A stretch of 64,000 bases of DNA, taken from Halarcobacter sp. (lineage in GTDB: Bacteria; Campylobacterota; Campylobacteria; Campylobacterales; Arcobacteraceae). Positions within the stretch are counted from its first letter, which is position 1, and each line of letters opens with the position of its first letter. The stretch lies in the NCBI GenBank assembly GCA_963676565.1, contig OY781089.1:2656001-2720000 (forward strand), read 5' to 3'. Below the pieces are notes generated by a model. The model was given only the letters and a program-made list of their open reading frames with translations. It made no database searches and was not told the DNA's origin. A program made the position numbers and the translations under genes. Shown here piece by piece: positions 51,498 through 60,048 of the stretch.

Positions 51498-52874
51498 TTA
51501 AATTATTGATTCAAGCCAGATTTTAGAAAATGCCTTTATGGCATTTTCTATATCATTTTCTCGTAAACCACCAAAACCCAATCTAGAAGCTTCCCAATCC
51601 CCACCTGAAATATCAGATGCAAAATATAACTTAATTTTATTTTCTTCACCTAAATCTTTAAATTTTTTCCAATCAAAACTAGTTTTTGGATAAATGTTTA
51701 TATTAAGCCCTGCTCCTTCACTTAATATATTTACATAATCTCCTAGATAATTCTCAATTGCTTTTTTCATAAGATTATGTTTCTTTTTATTTATAGTTCT
51801 AATTTTTCTTAAATGTTTATCCCAATATCCTTTTGCAATAAACTCTTCTAGTGTTTTTTGCAAAGTCAAATCTACTCGTGATATTGAGCTATCATAAAGT
51901 AAATTGTATTTTTCAATTAATAGGTTTGGTAAAACTACATAACTAACTCTAATGGCAGGAGAAAAAGATTTAGCAAAAGTTCCCATATAAATAACCCTTT
52001 GATTTTTATCTAAACCTTGCATCGAAGGTATTGGTTTATTTACGAAACTAAGTTCGCTATCATAATCATCTTCTATAATAAATCCTTGATTTTTCTCTGC
52101 CCATTCTAGTAATTTTATCCTTTTTGAAATAGGAGTTGTAACTCCTGTAGGATATTGGTGAGAGGGTGTTGTATAGACAATCTTAGAATTTGAATTTTCT
52201 AAAGTATTTATATCAAGACCATTTTTTTGTATTGGGATTTTGTCAATTTTATAACCATAATCTTCAAATACCCCTTTAACAACATAATAACCTGGATTTT
52301 CCATTGCAAGTCTTTTGTATTCAGTTTTTAGTAATCTTGCAATTAAGCTTGCTGCATTTGGGAAACCTGAACAAATCACCACTGAAGAAGGATTACAATT
52401 TACACCCCTTGATTCATTTAAATATTTAGATATCTCTTTACGTAAACCAAATTCTCCTTGACCATCTTGATATTTCCCAAGATGTAAACTCTCATTGATA
52501 ACTTTATTATAAACTCTTTTCCAAATTTTTAAAGGGAAAGTATCAGCTGAAAGTCTTGAAGGATAAAAATCATACTGATATTCAAGCTCTTTTTTTTCTT
52601 CATCAATATTTTTTGTTTGCACTAAAGTTGCGCTATTATATAAATCCTCACTTACAAAGAATCCACTTTTGGGAATACTTTCTATATAACCTTCAACTAC
52701 TAATTGAGAGTATGCATTTTCTACAGTGATTTTACTTATATTATAAATTGATGCAATCTTTCTTATTGAGGGTAGTTTTTCCCCTGCTTTCATAGTGTTT
52801 AAAATACTTTGTTTTAGTTCTTCATAAAGTTGAATATGTAAAGGCTTTAAATCATCTTTATTAATTTTAAGCAT
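51498..52874 (-). CDS. MocR/PdxR-family regulator (GntR wHTH + PLP aminotransferase domain)
   Basis: KLPSIR...TV..AY.QL..EGY, PSHQYPTG, EDDYDSE; ATG at 52874 after AAGGA. Confidence 0.93.
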   Translation of the reverse strand: MLKINKDDLKPLHIQLYEELKQSILNTMKAGEKLPSIRKIASIYNISKITVENAYSQLVVEGYIESIPKSGFFVSEDLYNSATLVQTKNIDEEKKELEYQYDFYPSRLSADTFPLKIWKRVYNKVINESLHLGKYQDGQGEFGLRKEISKYLNESRGVNCNPSSVVICSGFPNAASLIARLLKTEYKRLAMENPGYYVVKGVFEDYGYKIDKIPIQKNGLDINTLENSNSKIVYTTPSHQYPTGVTTPISKRIKLLEWAEKNQGFIIEDDYDSELSFVNKPIPSMQGLDKNQRVIYMGTFAKSFSPAIRVSYVVLPNLLIEKYNLLYDSSISRVDLTLQKTLEEFIAKGYWDKHLRKIRTINKKKHNLMKKAIENYLGDYVNILSEGAGLNINIYPKTSFDWKKFKDLGEENKIKLYFASDISGGDWEASRLGFGGLRENDIENAIKAFSKIWLESII

Positions 52875-52876
52875 AA

Positions 52877-52922
52877 CTGTCCTTATAAATTTTATATAAT
52901 CTGTATCTTGTAATATATACAA
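52877..52922. promoter_or_regulatory. putative tripartite MocR/PdxR operator
   Basis: CTGTCC-N18-CTGTAT-N10-ATACAA (two direct repeats and one inverted) between regulator and target. Confidence 0.6.
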
Positions 52923-52962
52923 TTTATAATTATAATACAAAAAAATCAAAAAAGGATTATTA

Positions 52963-53559
52963 GTGAAAAAAGCATTTGATATAAAAGATAAAGAGCAAAT
53001 TTCAGAAGTTTTGAACAATTCTTCATTTGGTACACTTTCTTTAAGCATTGATAATAAGCCATATTCAACTCCTTTAAATTTTGTAGAATTTGAAGATGAA
53101 ATATATTTTCATGGGGCAAAAAAAGGTAAAAAGATTGATATTATAAAAGAAAATGCTTATGCATCTTTTTGTGTAGTTGAAGATTACTCATTATTACCAT
53201 CTTATTTTAGTAGCGACAAAGGTGATGCTTGTCCTGCTACTCATCTTTTTAAATCTGTAATAATTCATGGAAAAATCAAAATATTAGAAGGTTATGATGA
53301 AAAAGCTACTGCATTAGAGATGTTGATGCAAAAACTTCAAAAAGAGAGAAAATATATCTCATTGAACAATGAGATGTATAAAAAAGCCATTAATGCAACT
53401 TGTGTTTATAAATTAATTCCAGCTAACACTACTGCAAAATTCAAACTTGGTCAAAATTTCAATGAAGAGAGATATCAAAGAGTTGTAAGCCATTTAAAAC
53501 AAAGAGGAGAAAAAAAAGATTTAGAAACTTTAAAACTTTTAGAACTTTATAAAAAGTAG
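52963..53559 (+). CDS. flavin-binding split-barrel protein (pyridoxamine 5'-phosphate oxidase/NimA-like)
   Basis: G.L....PY..P.NF, IYFHG...G.K, F.SVI..G, K.K.GQN motifs. Confidence 0.85.
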   Translation: MKKAFDIKDKEQISEVLNNSSFGTLSLSIDNKPYSTPLNFVEFEDEIYFHGAKKGKKIDIIKENAYASFCVVEDYSLLPSYFSSDKGDACPATHLFKSVIIHGKIKILEGYDEKATALEMLMQKLQKERKYISLNNEMYKKAINATCVYKLIPANTTAKFKLGQNFNEERYQRVVSHLKQRGEKKDLETLKLLELYKK

Positions 53560-53560
53560 A

Positions 53561-53577
53561 TATTGCAAAATGCAATA
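53561..53577. promoter_or_regulatory. palindromic site TATTGCA-N3-TGCAATA
   Basis: Perfect 7-3-7 inverted repeat about 28 bp upstream of TAAAAT -10 (53605-53610). Confidence 0.55.
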
Positions 53578-53616
53578 AAATCACCCTATTCTTTTTGATT
53601 CTTGTAAAATATCTTT

Positions 53617-54858
53617 ATGAGAAAAGATATTTATGAAAAGATGCAAATACTTGCAGACAGTGCAAAATATGATGTTTCATGTAGTTCAAGTGGAAGTGAT
53701 AGTAACTATAAAACAGGAGAATTAGGGGCTACTCATAAAAGTGGCATATGTCACACTTTCACTGCTGATGGAAGATGTGTTTCACTCTTAAAAGTTTTAC
53801 TTACTAATTTTTGTATTTATGATTGTGCATATTGCATAAATAGAAAATCAAATGATATTAAAAGAGCTGCCTTTTCTCCTAGAGAATTAGCTGATATTAC
53901 AATCAATTTTTATAAAAGAAACTATATTGAAGGATTATTTTTAAGCTCTGGGATTATTGATAATGAAGACCATACAACAATTTTAATCCTAAGAGCTTTG
54001 AAAATATTAAGACATGAGTATAAATTCAATGGATATATCCATGTAAAACTAATTCCTGGCGCGGATGAAAGACTAATTGAGCAAGTTGTAAACTTAGCTA
54101 ATAGAGTTAGCTCAAATATAGAACTTCCAAGTGATAAGTCACTAAAACTTCTTGCTCCTAATAAAACAAAACAATCTGTACTTCAACCACTTAAATACGC
54201 TAGGGACATAAGTTTAGAAAAAGATAAAAAGCCAATTGGAATGAGCACTCAACTAATAGTTGGGGCAACACCTGAAACAGATAAAGATATTTTAAAACTA
54301 AGTTCAGTTATGTATGATAAAGCCTTACTAAAAAGGGTTTATTATAGTGCATATATACCTGTAAATGATGACAAAAATCTTCCTGCAGTTGTAACAAAAC
54401 CTCCTCTTCTAAGGGAACATCGACTTTATCAAGCAGATTGGCTTTTAAGGTTTTATGACTTTAGCTATGATGAGATTGTAAATGACGAGTTTCCAAATTT
54501 AGATGAAGAAGTTGATCCAAAAACCTCTTGGGCTTTGTATAATCTAAAATATTTCCCAATGGAAATAAATACAGCTTCAAAGGATGAACTTCTTAGAATT
54601 CCAGGGATTGGAGTTAGAGGTGTGTTTAAAATTTTAAAAGCAAGAAAATTTAAATCTTTAGATTTTGATGATCTAAAAAAGTTAAAAATCTCAATTAAAA
54701 GAGCAAAATATTTTATTACATGCAAAGGGAAATATCAAAAAGAGATACCCTTTGAAGATGATAGAATCAGAACAGCATTAGTAAAACCAAAACCAAAGAA
54801 AATTGAACAAACATCATTATTTGATTTACAATATAGTTCCATAACAGGTGAATTATGA
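53617..54858 (+). CDS. putative DNA modification/repair radical SAM protein with HhH (TIGR03916-type)
   Basis: AKYDVSC.SSG, GICH...DGRC, CIYDCAYC (CX3CX2C), REHRLYQADWL, HhH LLRIPGIG. Confidence 0.93.
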   Translation: MRKDIYEKMQILADSAKYDVSCSSSGSDSNYKTGELGATHKSGICHTFTADGRCVSLLKVLLTNFCIYDCAYCINRKSNDIKRAAFSPRELADITINFYKRNYIEGLFLSSGIIDNEDHTTILILRALKILRHEYKFNGYIHVKLIPGADERLIEQVVNLANRVSSNIELPSDKSLKLLAPNKTKQSVLQPLKYARDISLEKDKKPIGMSTQLIVGATPETDKDILKLSSVMYDKALLKRVYYSAYIPVNDDKNLPAVVTKPPLLREHRLYQADWLLRFYDFSYDEIVNDEFPNLDEEVDPKTSWALYNLKYFPMEINTASKDELLRIPGIGVRGVFKILKARKFKSLDFDDLKKLKISIKRAKYFITCKGKYQKEIPFEDDRIRTALVKPKPKKIEQTSLFDLQYSSITGEL

Positions 54859-55604
54859 TTTTAATTTATGATGGAAGCTTCGAAGGCTTTTTAAGCTTGG
54901 TTTATGATGTATATTATGAAAAACTAAATCCAAATATTATATATAAACAGTTACCTCAAACTTTGATTTTAGAAGAGATAAAACAGATTAAAACAGATGA
55001 AGAAAAAGCAATTAAGGTATTAACTGCAATCAAAAAAAACTTCCCTAAAAAAGTCTTTGATTTAATTAGAAATATCTTTATGTGTGATTCAAAGGAGTTT
55101 GAAATCTATTTACTTAAATTTATAGTCTTAGGGTTTAAAGATAAAAATCAACTATTTAACATAAACAATGAAAATGTAATCTATCTTCAAAATTTACAAA
55201 AAGAGTTATCAAGGCATATTCACAAAATGTATGCCTTTGCAAGATTTCAAGAATTGGATGATGGCACTTTATATTCTAAAATAGAATCAAAATTTAATGT
55301 GGTGTATTTTTTAGGAAGACACTTTTTCAAAAGATTTAACAATCAAAAATTTATCATCCATGATATAGAAAGAAAAATAGCTTTTATAAAAAATGATTCT
55401 TATCTAGGTATTCAAAATGTAGCTTCCTTTGAAAAACCAACATTATCACAAAAGGAAGAAAAGTTTGACAAACTTTGGAAAACATTTTTTGAAGCTGTTT
55501 CCATAGAAAGTAGAGAAAATATCAAATGTCAAAAAAATTATGTGCCCTTAATTTATAGAACATATATGAATGAATTTGATACAATTTCAAAAAACAAAAA
55601 GTAG
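54855..55604 (+). CDS. DUF4130 / TIGR03915-type DNA metabolism protein
   Basis: YDGSFEGFL, HKM.AF.RF, HF..RF, I.D..R, LW..FF...I.SR.N; ATGA overlap with the radical SAM gene. Confidence 0.9.
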   Translation: MILIYDGSFEGFLSLVYDVYYEKLNPNIIYKQLPQTLILEEIKQIKTDEEKAIKVLTAIKKNFPKKVFDLIRNIFMCDSKEFEIYLLKFIVLGFKDKNQLFNINNENVIYLQNLQKELSRHIHKMYAFARFQELDDGTLYSKIESKFNVVYFLGRHFFKRFNNQKFIIHDIERKIAFIKNDSYLGIQNVASFEKPTLSQKEEKFDKLWKTFFEAVSIESRENIKCQKNYVPLIYRTYMNEFDTISKNKK

Positions 55605-55608
55605 AAAT

Positions 55609-56178
55609 ATGGCACAAAAAGATAAAGAAAAATGGGATAAAAAATATAATGAAACTCCAAAACTTATGGAAGATAGGACACCTAGTCCAAAAGTTGTTGA
55701 AGCAATAAAATACACAAGAGGAAAAAAAGCATTAGAAATAGCCTGTGGAACGGGTAGAAATTCTATATATCTAGCAGAAAATGGTTTTATAGTAGATGCT
55801 TATGATATCTCTGAAATTGCTATTAATCATCTAAAAAAACAAAATATAAAAAACTTAAATGCTATTCAAAAAGATTTAGAAAATTTTGAAGCAAAAGAAA
55901 ATAGTTATGATTTGATTGTACAAACAAATTACTTAGATAGAAAGATTTTCCCTAATTTGAAAAATAGTTTAAAAAAAGATGGGATAATTGTAATAGAAAC
56001 ATATATGAATCATGAAGAAAACGAAAAGCCACCTTCAAATCCACTATTTCTACTTCAAAAAAATGAATTGAAAGAGATTTTTTCTGATTTTGAAATAGTA
56101 AAATATGATGAATACTTCAATGAAAAACATGAATTATATAAAATGAGAAAACAAGCAATAATCGCAAAAAAATTATAA
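55609..56178 (+). CDS. class I SAM-dependent methyltransferase (TehB-like)
   Basis: KWDKKY, ALEIACGTGRN, D.S..A, NYL.R, LL..NEL; ATG at 55609. Confidence 0.85.
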   Translation: MAQKDKEKWDKKYNETPKLMEDRTPSPKVVEAIKYTRGKKALEIACGTGRNSIYLAENGFIVDAYDISEIAINHLKKQNIKNLNAIQKDLENFEAKENSYDLIVQTNYLDRKIFPNLKNSLKKDGIIVIETYMNHEENEKPPSNPLFLLQKNELKEIFSDFEIVKYDEYFNEKHELYKMRKQAIIAKKL

Positions 56179-56193
56179 AGATATATTTTAAAT

Positions 56194-56208
56194 TTGCAAA
56201 TTGCAATA
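56194..56208. promoter_or_regulatory. second TTGCA-N3-TGCAATA site
   Basis: ttgcaaattgcaata matches 53563-53577 at 14 of 15 positions. Confidence 0.5.
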
Positions 56209-56265
56209 CTTTTTATGGTTTCTTAATAATTTTGATAATATCAAAAAAACAAATAAGGTATTAAC

Positions 56266-56595
56266 ATGGATGGTAAGATAATGGTAACTTACAAAATAGT
56301 TTGTAAAAACGATTTTAATTTAGAAATCTCTTTAGAGAAATTACTTGAAAATGAAAAAATTGCAAAAGCTATAAAAAATGAATTTGCAAAGGGAATCAGA
56401 AATATTGACCTTAATACAAAAGAAAATGATTCAAAAATTAAAGTTGAAACAAAAAAAGAGTTGTATCAATTTGAAGTCAATAAAGATGATTTTGCTGATT
56501 TAATCTCACTAGCTGAAGAGGATGCAAACACTAGAAAACTTATGAAAAAAGAGTGTTCACATATTGAATTAGTCAATATAGAAACAATCAACTAA
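56266..56595 (+). CDS. hypothetical protein
   Basis: 109-aa ORF with AAGG RBS. Confidence 0.75.
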   Translation: MDGKIMVTYKIVCKNDFNLEISLEKLLENEKIAKAIKNEFAKGIRNIDLNTKENDSKIKVETKKELYQFEVNKDDFADLISLAEEDANTRKLMKKECSHIELVNIETIN

Positions 56596-56636
56596 AAAGC
56601 TACTTCTAAAAAATATTAAATATTTAACTGATTATT

Positions 56637-56663
56637 TTAGCACTCCTTTATACTAAGTGCTAA
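56637..56663. promoter_or_regulatory. CIRCE-like element (HrcA operator)
   Basis: TTAGCACTC-N9-AAGTGCTAA, one mismatch to TTAGCACTC-N9-GAGTGCTAA. Confidence 0.7.
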
Positions 56664-56704
56664 TTTTTATTGTTTTTTAAGTATTTTATATCTAAAATTC
56701 TAAT

Positions 56705-56858
56705 AACTTTAGTTTATTTTACTAAAGTAAAAACTTTTTTGTGTTCAAGGAGGTGGATACTGAGGTTCAAGAAACTAATATAATATAGTATTACTAGCAG
56801 TAAAACCTCAAAATGAATTTAGCACTCATTTTTTAGATTACTGCTAGTGAATTTTTTT
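56705..56858. ncRNA. candidate structured sRNA or leader
   Basis: TAAAAT -10 upstream; hairpin actttagt/actaaagt; long hairpin actagcagtaa...aaaatga/tcatttt...ttactgctagt followed by a T-run. Confidence 0.35.
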
Positions 56859-56883
56859 AGCATATAATTAGTTTTAGTGCTAA
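56857..56883. promoter_or_regulatory. second, degenerate CIRCE-like element
   Basis: TTAGCATAT-N9-TAGTGCTAA overlapping TATAAT at 56863-56868, upstream of the 56914 ORF. Confidence 0.5.
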
Positions 56884-56913
56884 ATTATTCAAATATGTTT
56901 ATAAGGATTTGTT

Positions 56914-57363
56914 ATGGATAATTTAAATTTGAAGAAAACAAAAATTGTTGATGCTATTACAAAATACCAGTTATATTACCATATCTCTTTAGGTAATTTT
57001 GTACATGAAACTTTTTTAGATTTAAATGAAACAGTTGAAAAGATACAAGAATTAAACCTTTTTAAAAATCTAGAAATATCAATTAATAAAATAAAAGAGA
57101 TTATTAAAAATTTTAAAAATGAAAAAGATATAGAAGAATCAATTAGAAAACTTGCTATGCAAGATGCTTTAAAGGATTTTGTTGAAAATGACAAAGATTT
57201 ATTAAACAAAGATTTTTATTACCAACAAAGAATTAAAGATATTGAAAACAATTCATACTTCAATGATAAAATGAAATATAATTTTGAAAATAATTACCAA
57301 AAAACATATGAATACTTTAATAGTGTCATAAATGAAACCCAAATTAAAAGTTGTTTTATTTAA
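56914..57363 (+). CDS. hypothetical helical protein
   Basis: 149-aa ORF with AAGGA RBS. Confidence 0.72.
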   Translation: MDNLNLKKTKIVDAITKYQLYYHISLGNFVHETFLDLNETVEKIQELNLFKNLEISINKIKEIIKNFKNEKDIEESIRKLAMQDALKDFVENDKDLLNKDFYYQQRIKDIENNSYFNDKMKYNFENNYQKTYEYFNSVINETQIKSCFI

Positions 57364-57407
57364 TAATATAATTAACTATAATTAGCTTTTTTAAGATATA
57401 ATTTTTA

Positions 57408-59204
57408 ATGGGAAGAGAACAAAAATTAAAATTATATTTTTTAATAGCTTTTATAGTACTGTTTCTAATAAGTTTTCTAGTTTTAAACTCTATAAAAAAT
57501 AATAATATTAATAAATATCTAAAAAATGAAGCTAATCAAGAATACCTAAACTATCAAGTAATTTACAATGATTATAAAAATATTTCAGAACTTATATTTA
57601 AAACACATATCCAAAATAAAGAAATCTTAAACCTTTTTGCAAATAGAAAAAGAGAAGAATTAAAAAACCATCTTACAGAAAACTATAATAAATTAAGAGT
57701 TTTTAATTTAAGACAACTTCATTTCCACTTACCAAATAATGATAGTTTTTTAAGAATGCATAGACCTAATAAATTTGGGGATAATCTCACAAAAGATAGA
57801 AAAACTGTAGCCTTTGTAAATGAACATAAAAAATATATACATGGTTTTGAAGAAGGAAAAATATTTAATGGCTTTAGATTTGTATACCCCTTAAGTCTTA
57901 ACAATAAACATATTGGAAGTGTTGAGATATCATTTAGTGCCCTATTTTTTATAAAAGAGATTGCAAAAAGCTATAAAATAAATGCAAATTTTTTAATAAA
58001 AAAAGATGTAGTTGATGAAAAAGTTTTTAAAGAGGAAAAGAAAAACTATATACAAAGTCCTTTAAAACCATATTATTATCAAAAATCAATTTATGAATCA
58101 TCTAATTTAAACAAATACGATATAAAGCTTCCAAAACAATTAGAAAATAAAGTTTTAAGAAATATGGAAAAAGGAGAAGTATTTTCTATATATGTAGAAG
58201 AATTTGATGAGATTGCTACATTTATACCTTTAATCAACCCATTAACTAAAGTAAATGTTGCTTTTTTGAAAATGAATAAAAAAGATGGCAAAATAAATGA
58301 AATCAACAAAGACTTTTATAACTATCTGCTACTTTTAACCTTATTAATAATTTTTGTTTTAATCTATCTTTATTCACAAATAAATTATCAAAAAAGTCTA
58401 GAAGCAAAAGTTGATGAAAAAACTAATTCTTTAAATAAATTAAATAAAAACCTTGAAGTTACAATTGAAAAAGAAGTAGCAAAAAACAGAAAAAAAGATG
58501 AATTAATGATTGCGCAATCAAGACATGCAGCTATGGGCGAAATGATAAGTATGATTGCACACCAATGGAGACAGCCTTTAACCACAATATCAATGGATGT
58601 AAATAATATCCTTGCAGATATTGAACTTGATACTATAAATGAAGAAGAACTTAAAAAAATATCTGAAGATATAATAGAAAAAACACAATATATGTCAAAA
58701 ACTATTGATGATTTTAGAAACTTTTTTAAACCAGAAAAATCAACTGAATTTATTAATCTTCAAGATTTAATAAATAATACCATTAACATTACAAAAAGTT
58801 CACTTGAGAATCATGATATTAACTTAGAGCTTAGTTGTAAATCTATTATCAAAATAGAAACATATTCAAGGGAGTTATTACAAGTTTTAATTAATATTGT
58901 AAAAAATGCAAAAGAAGCCTTTGAAAAAAATACAAATAATCGATATATAAAAATATTCTGTAAAGAGAAAAAAGATTTTGTACAAATAAATATAGAAAAT
59001 AACGGAAGTAAAATCCCTGAAAATATTATTGAAAAAATCTTCGAACCATATTTTACTACAAAAGATAAAAATGTGGGGACTGGCTTAGGACTTTATATGT
59101 CAAAAATTATCGTAGAAAAACACCTAAATGGTAAAATAGAGGTACAAAATCTTGAAGAGGCAGTTAGATTTTCTATAAAACTACCCTTTAAAATATCAAA
59201 TTAA
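57408..59204 (+). CDS. orphan sensor histidine kinase with Cache-type periplasmic domain
   Basis: TM, LRQLHFH...SFLRMH.P..FGD, IAHQWRQPL H-box, FEPYFTTK, GTGLGLY. Confidence 0.92.
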   Translation: MGREQKLKLYFLIAFIVLFLISFLVLNSIKNNNINKYLKNEANQEYLNYQVIYNDYKNISELIFKTHIQNKEILNLFANRKREELKNHLTENYNKLRVFNLRQLHFHLPNNDSFLRMHRPNKFGDNLTKDRKTVAFVNEHKKYIHGFEEGKIFNGFRFVYPLSLNNKHIGSVEISFSALFFIKEIAKSYKINANFLIKKDVVDEKVFKEEKKNYIQSPLKPYYYQKSIYESSNLNKYDIKLPKQLENKVLRNMEKGEVFSIYVEEFDEIATFIPLINPLTKVNVAFLKMNKKDGKINEINKDFYNYLLLLTLLIIFVLIYLYSQINYQKSLEAKVDEKTNSLNKLNKNLEVTIEKEVAKNRKKDELMIAQSRHAAMGEMISMIAHQWRQPLTTISMDVNNILADIELDTINEEELKKISEDIIEKTQYMSKTIDDFRNFFKPEKSTEFINLQDLINNTINITKSSLENHDINLELSCKSIIKIETYSRELLQVLINIVKNAKEAFEKNTNNRYIKIFCKEKKDFVQINIENNGSKIPENIIEKIFEPYFTTKDKNVGTGLGLYMSKIIVEKHLNGKIEVQNLEEAVRFSIKLPFKISN

Positions 59205-59695
59205 AACAGAAGTGTCATTTTATGATAAAGATTAAAATGCTTTATATATTTTATATTTTTTACAAACTTTCTAATAACACTTGGAATAACAATAGCAAAT
59301 GGTGCAATTAAAATAAAAATAAATGAAAAAACAAATCTTAAAAAAAGATATTTAAAAGCTTTCTTAACATAATCTTTTTTAACTGAATATCTAAAATTAA
59401 CCCTTAAATATTTAAAAACAAAAAAACTTTTATTTAAAAAATTTGAATTTTTAATGGAATAGATAAAATATTTAATATTTATTGTTAAAAATACTACACA
59501 AAAAAGTAAAAAATTTAAGAATGTATTTATTTGAATCAATTCTTTATTTATGTAAAAAACAATTATTGAAGATAGAATAGATGTAATAAAAAATAAAATC
59601 AATTCTTTATCTTCTTTTGTAAAATCTTCATTATCATATCTATATCTTTCTTCCAATGATAAGTTTTCTAATTTTATATTTGATAGATTATCCAT
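59201..59695 (-). CDS. hypothetical membrane protein
   Basis: AGGGGAG RBS, about 3 hydrophobic segments, extremely AT-rich. Confidence 0.6.
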   Translation of the reverse strand: MDNLSNIKLENLSLEERYRYDNEDFTKEDKELILFFITSILSSIIVFYINKELIQINTFLNFLLFCVVFLTINIKYFIYSIKNSNFLNKSFFVFKYLRVNFRYSVKKDYVKKAFKYLFLRFVFSFIFILIAPFAIVIPSVIRKFVKNIKYIKHFNLYHKMTLLF

Positions 59696-60048
59696 TTTCT
59701 CCCCTTTAAATTTTATTCATTTCTTAAACTTAGTATAAACTAATACAATTTTCATTAAATATCGATTAAATCTTACAAAAACTTATTAAAAAATTATAAA
59801 TTTGAATATTTCCTATTTTTTGGCACTAAAAAAATTATCTATAATTTCTTTTTTATTAAGTAACTGCAAGTTTAAGTAGATTTATTTAACTTCGCAATGA
59901 TACTTAATTTTTCTGAATCTTTTATGAAAAAAAACATAAATTTATTAATTAAGAAAATAAATCTTAAAAGCTGAAAAATACATGATATAAGTACTATTTA
60001 GATAAAATATTCACCTTAAAATAGTTATTAATCAAAGGTTAATTAAAA

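Noticed and set aside
52875..53048. N-terminal extension of the MocR ORF in the track
   Set aside because: It overlaps the divergent gene; ATG 52874 has an RBS and matches the domain start
56641..56790. AapA/IsoA-like type I toxin-antitoxin locus (anti-SD actcctt plus AAGGAGG)
   Set aside because: No properly spaced start codon or hydrophobic peptide follows the SD; only a 15-codon hydrophilic GTG frame without an RBS
56633..56887. MITE defined by outer ttagcact/agtgctaa inverted ends
   Set aside because: No target duplication or second copy seen; CIRCE half-sites explain the ends
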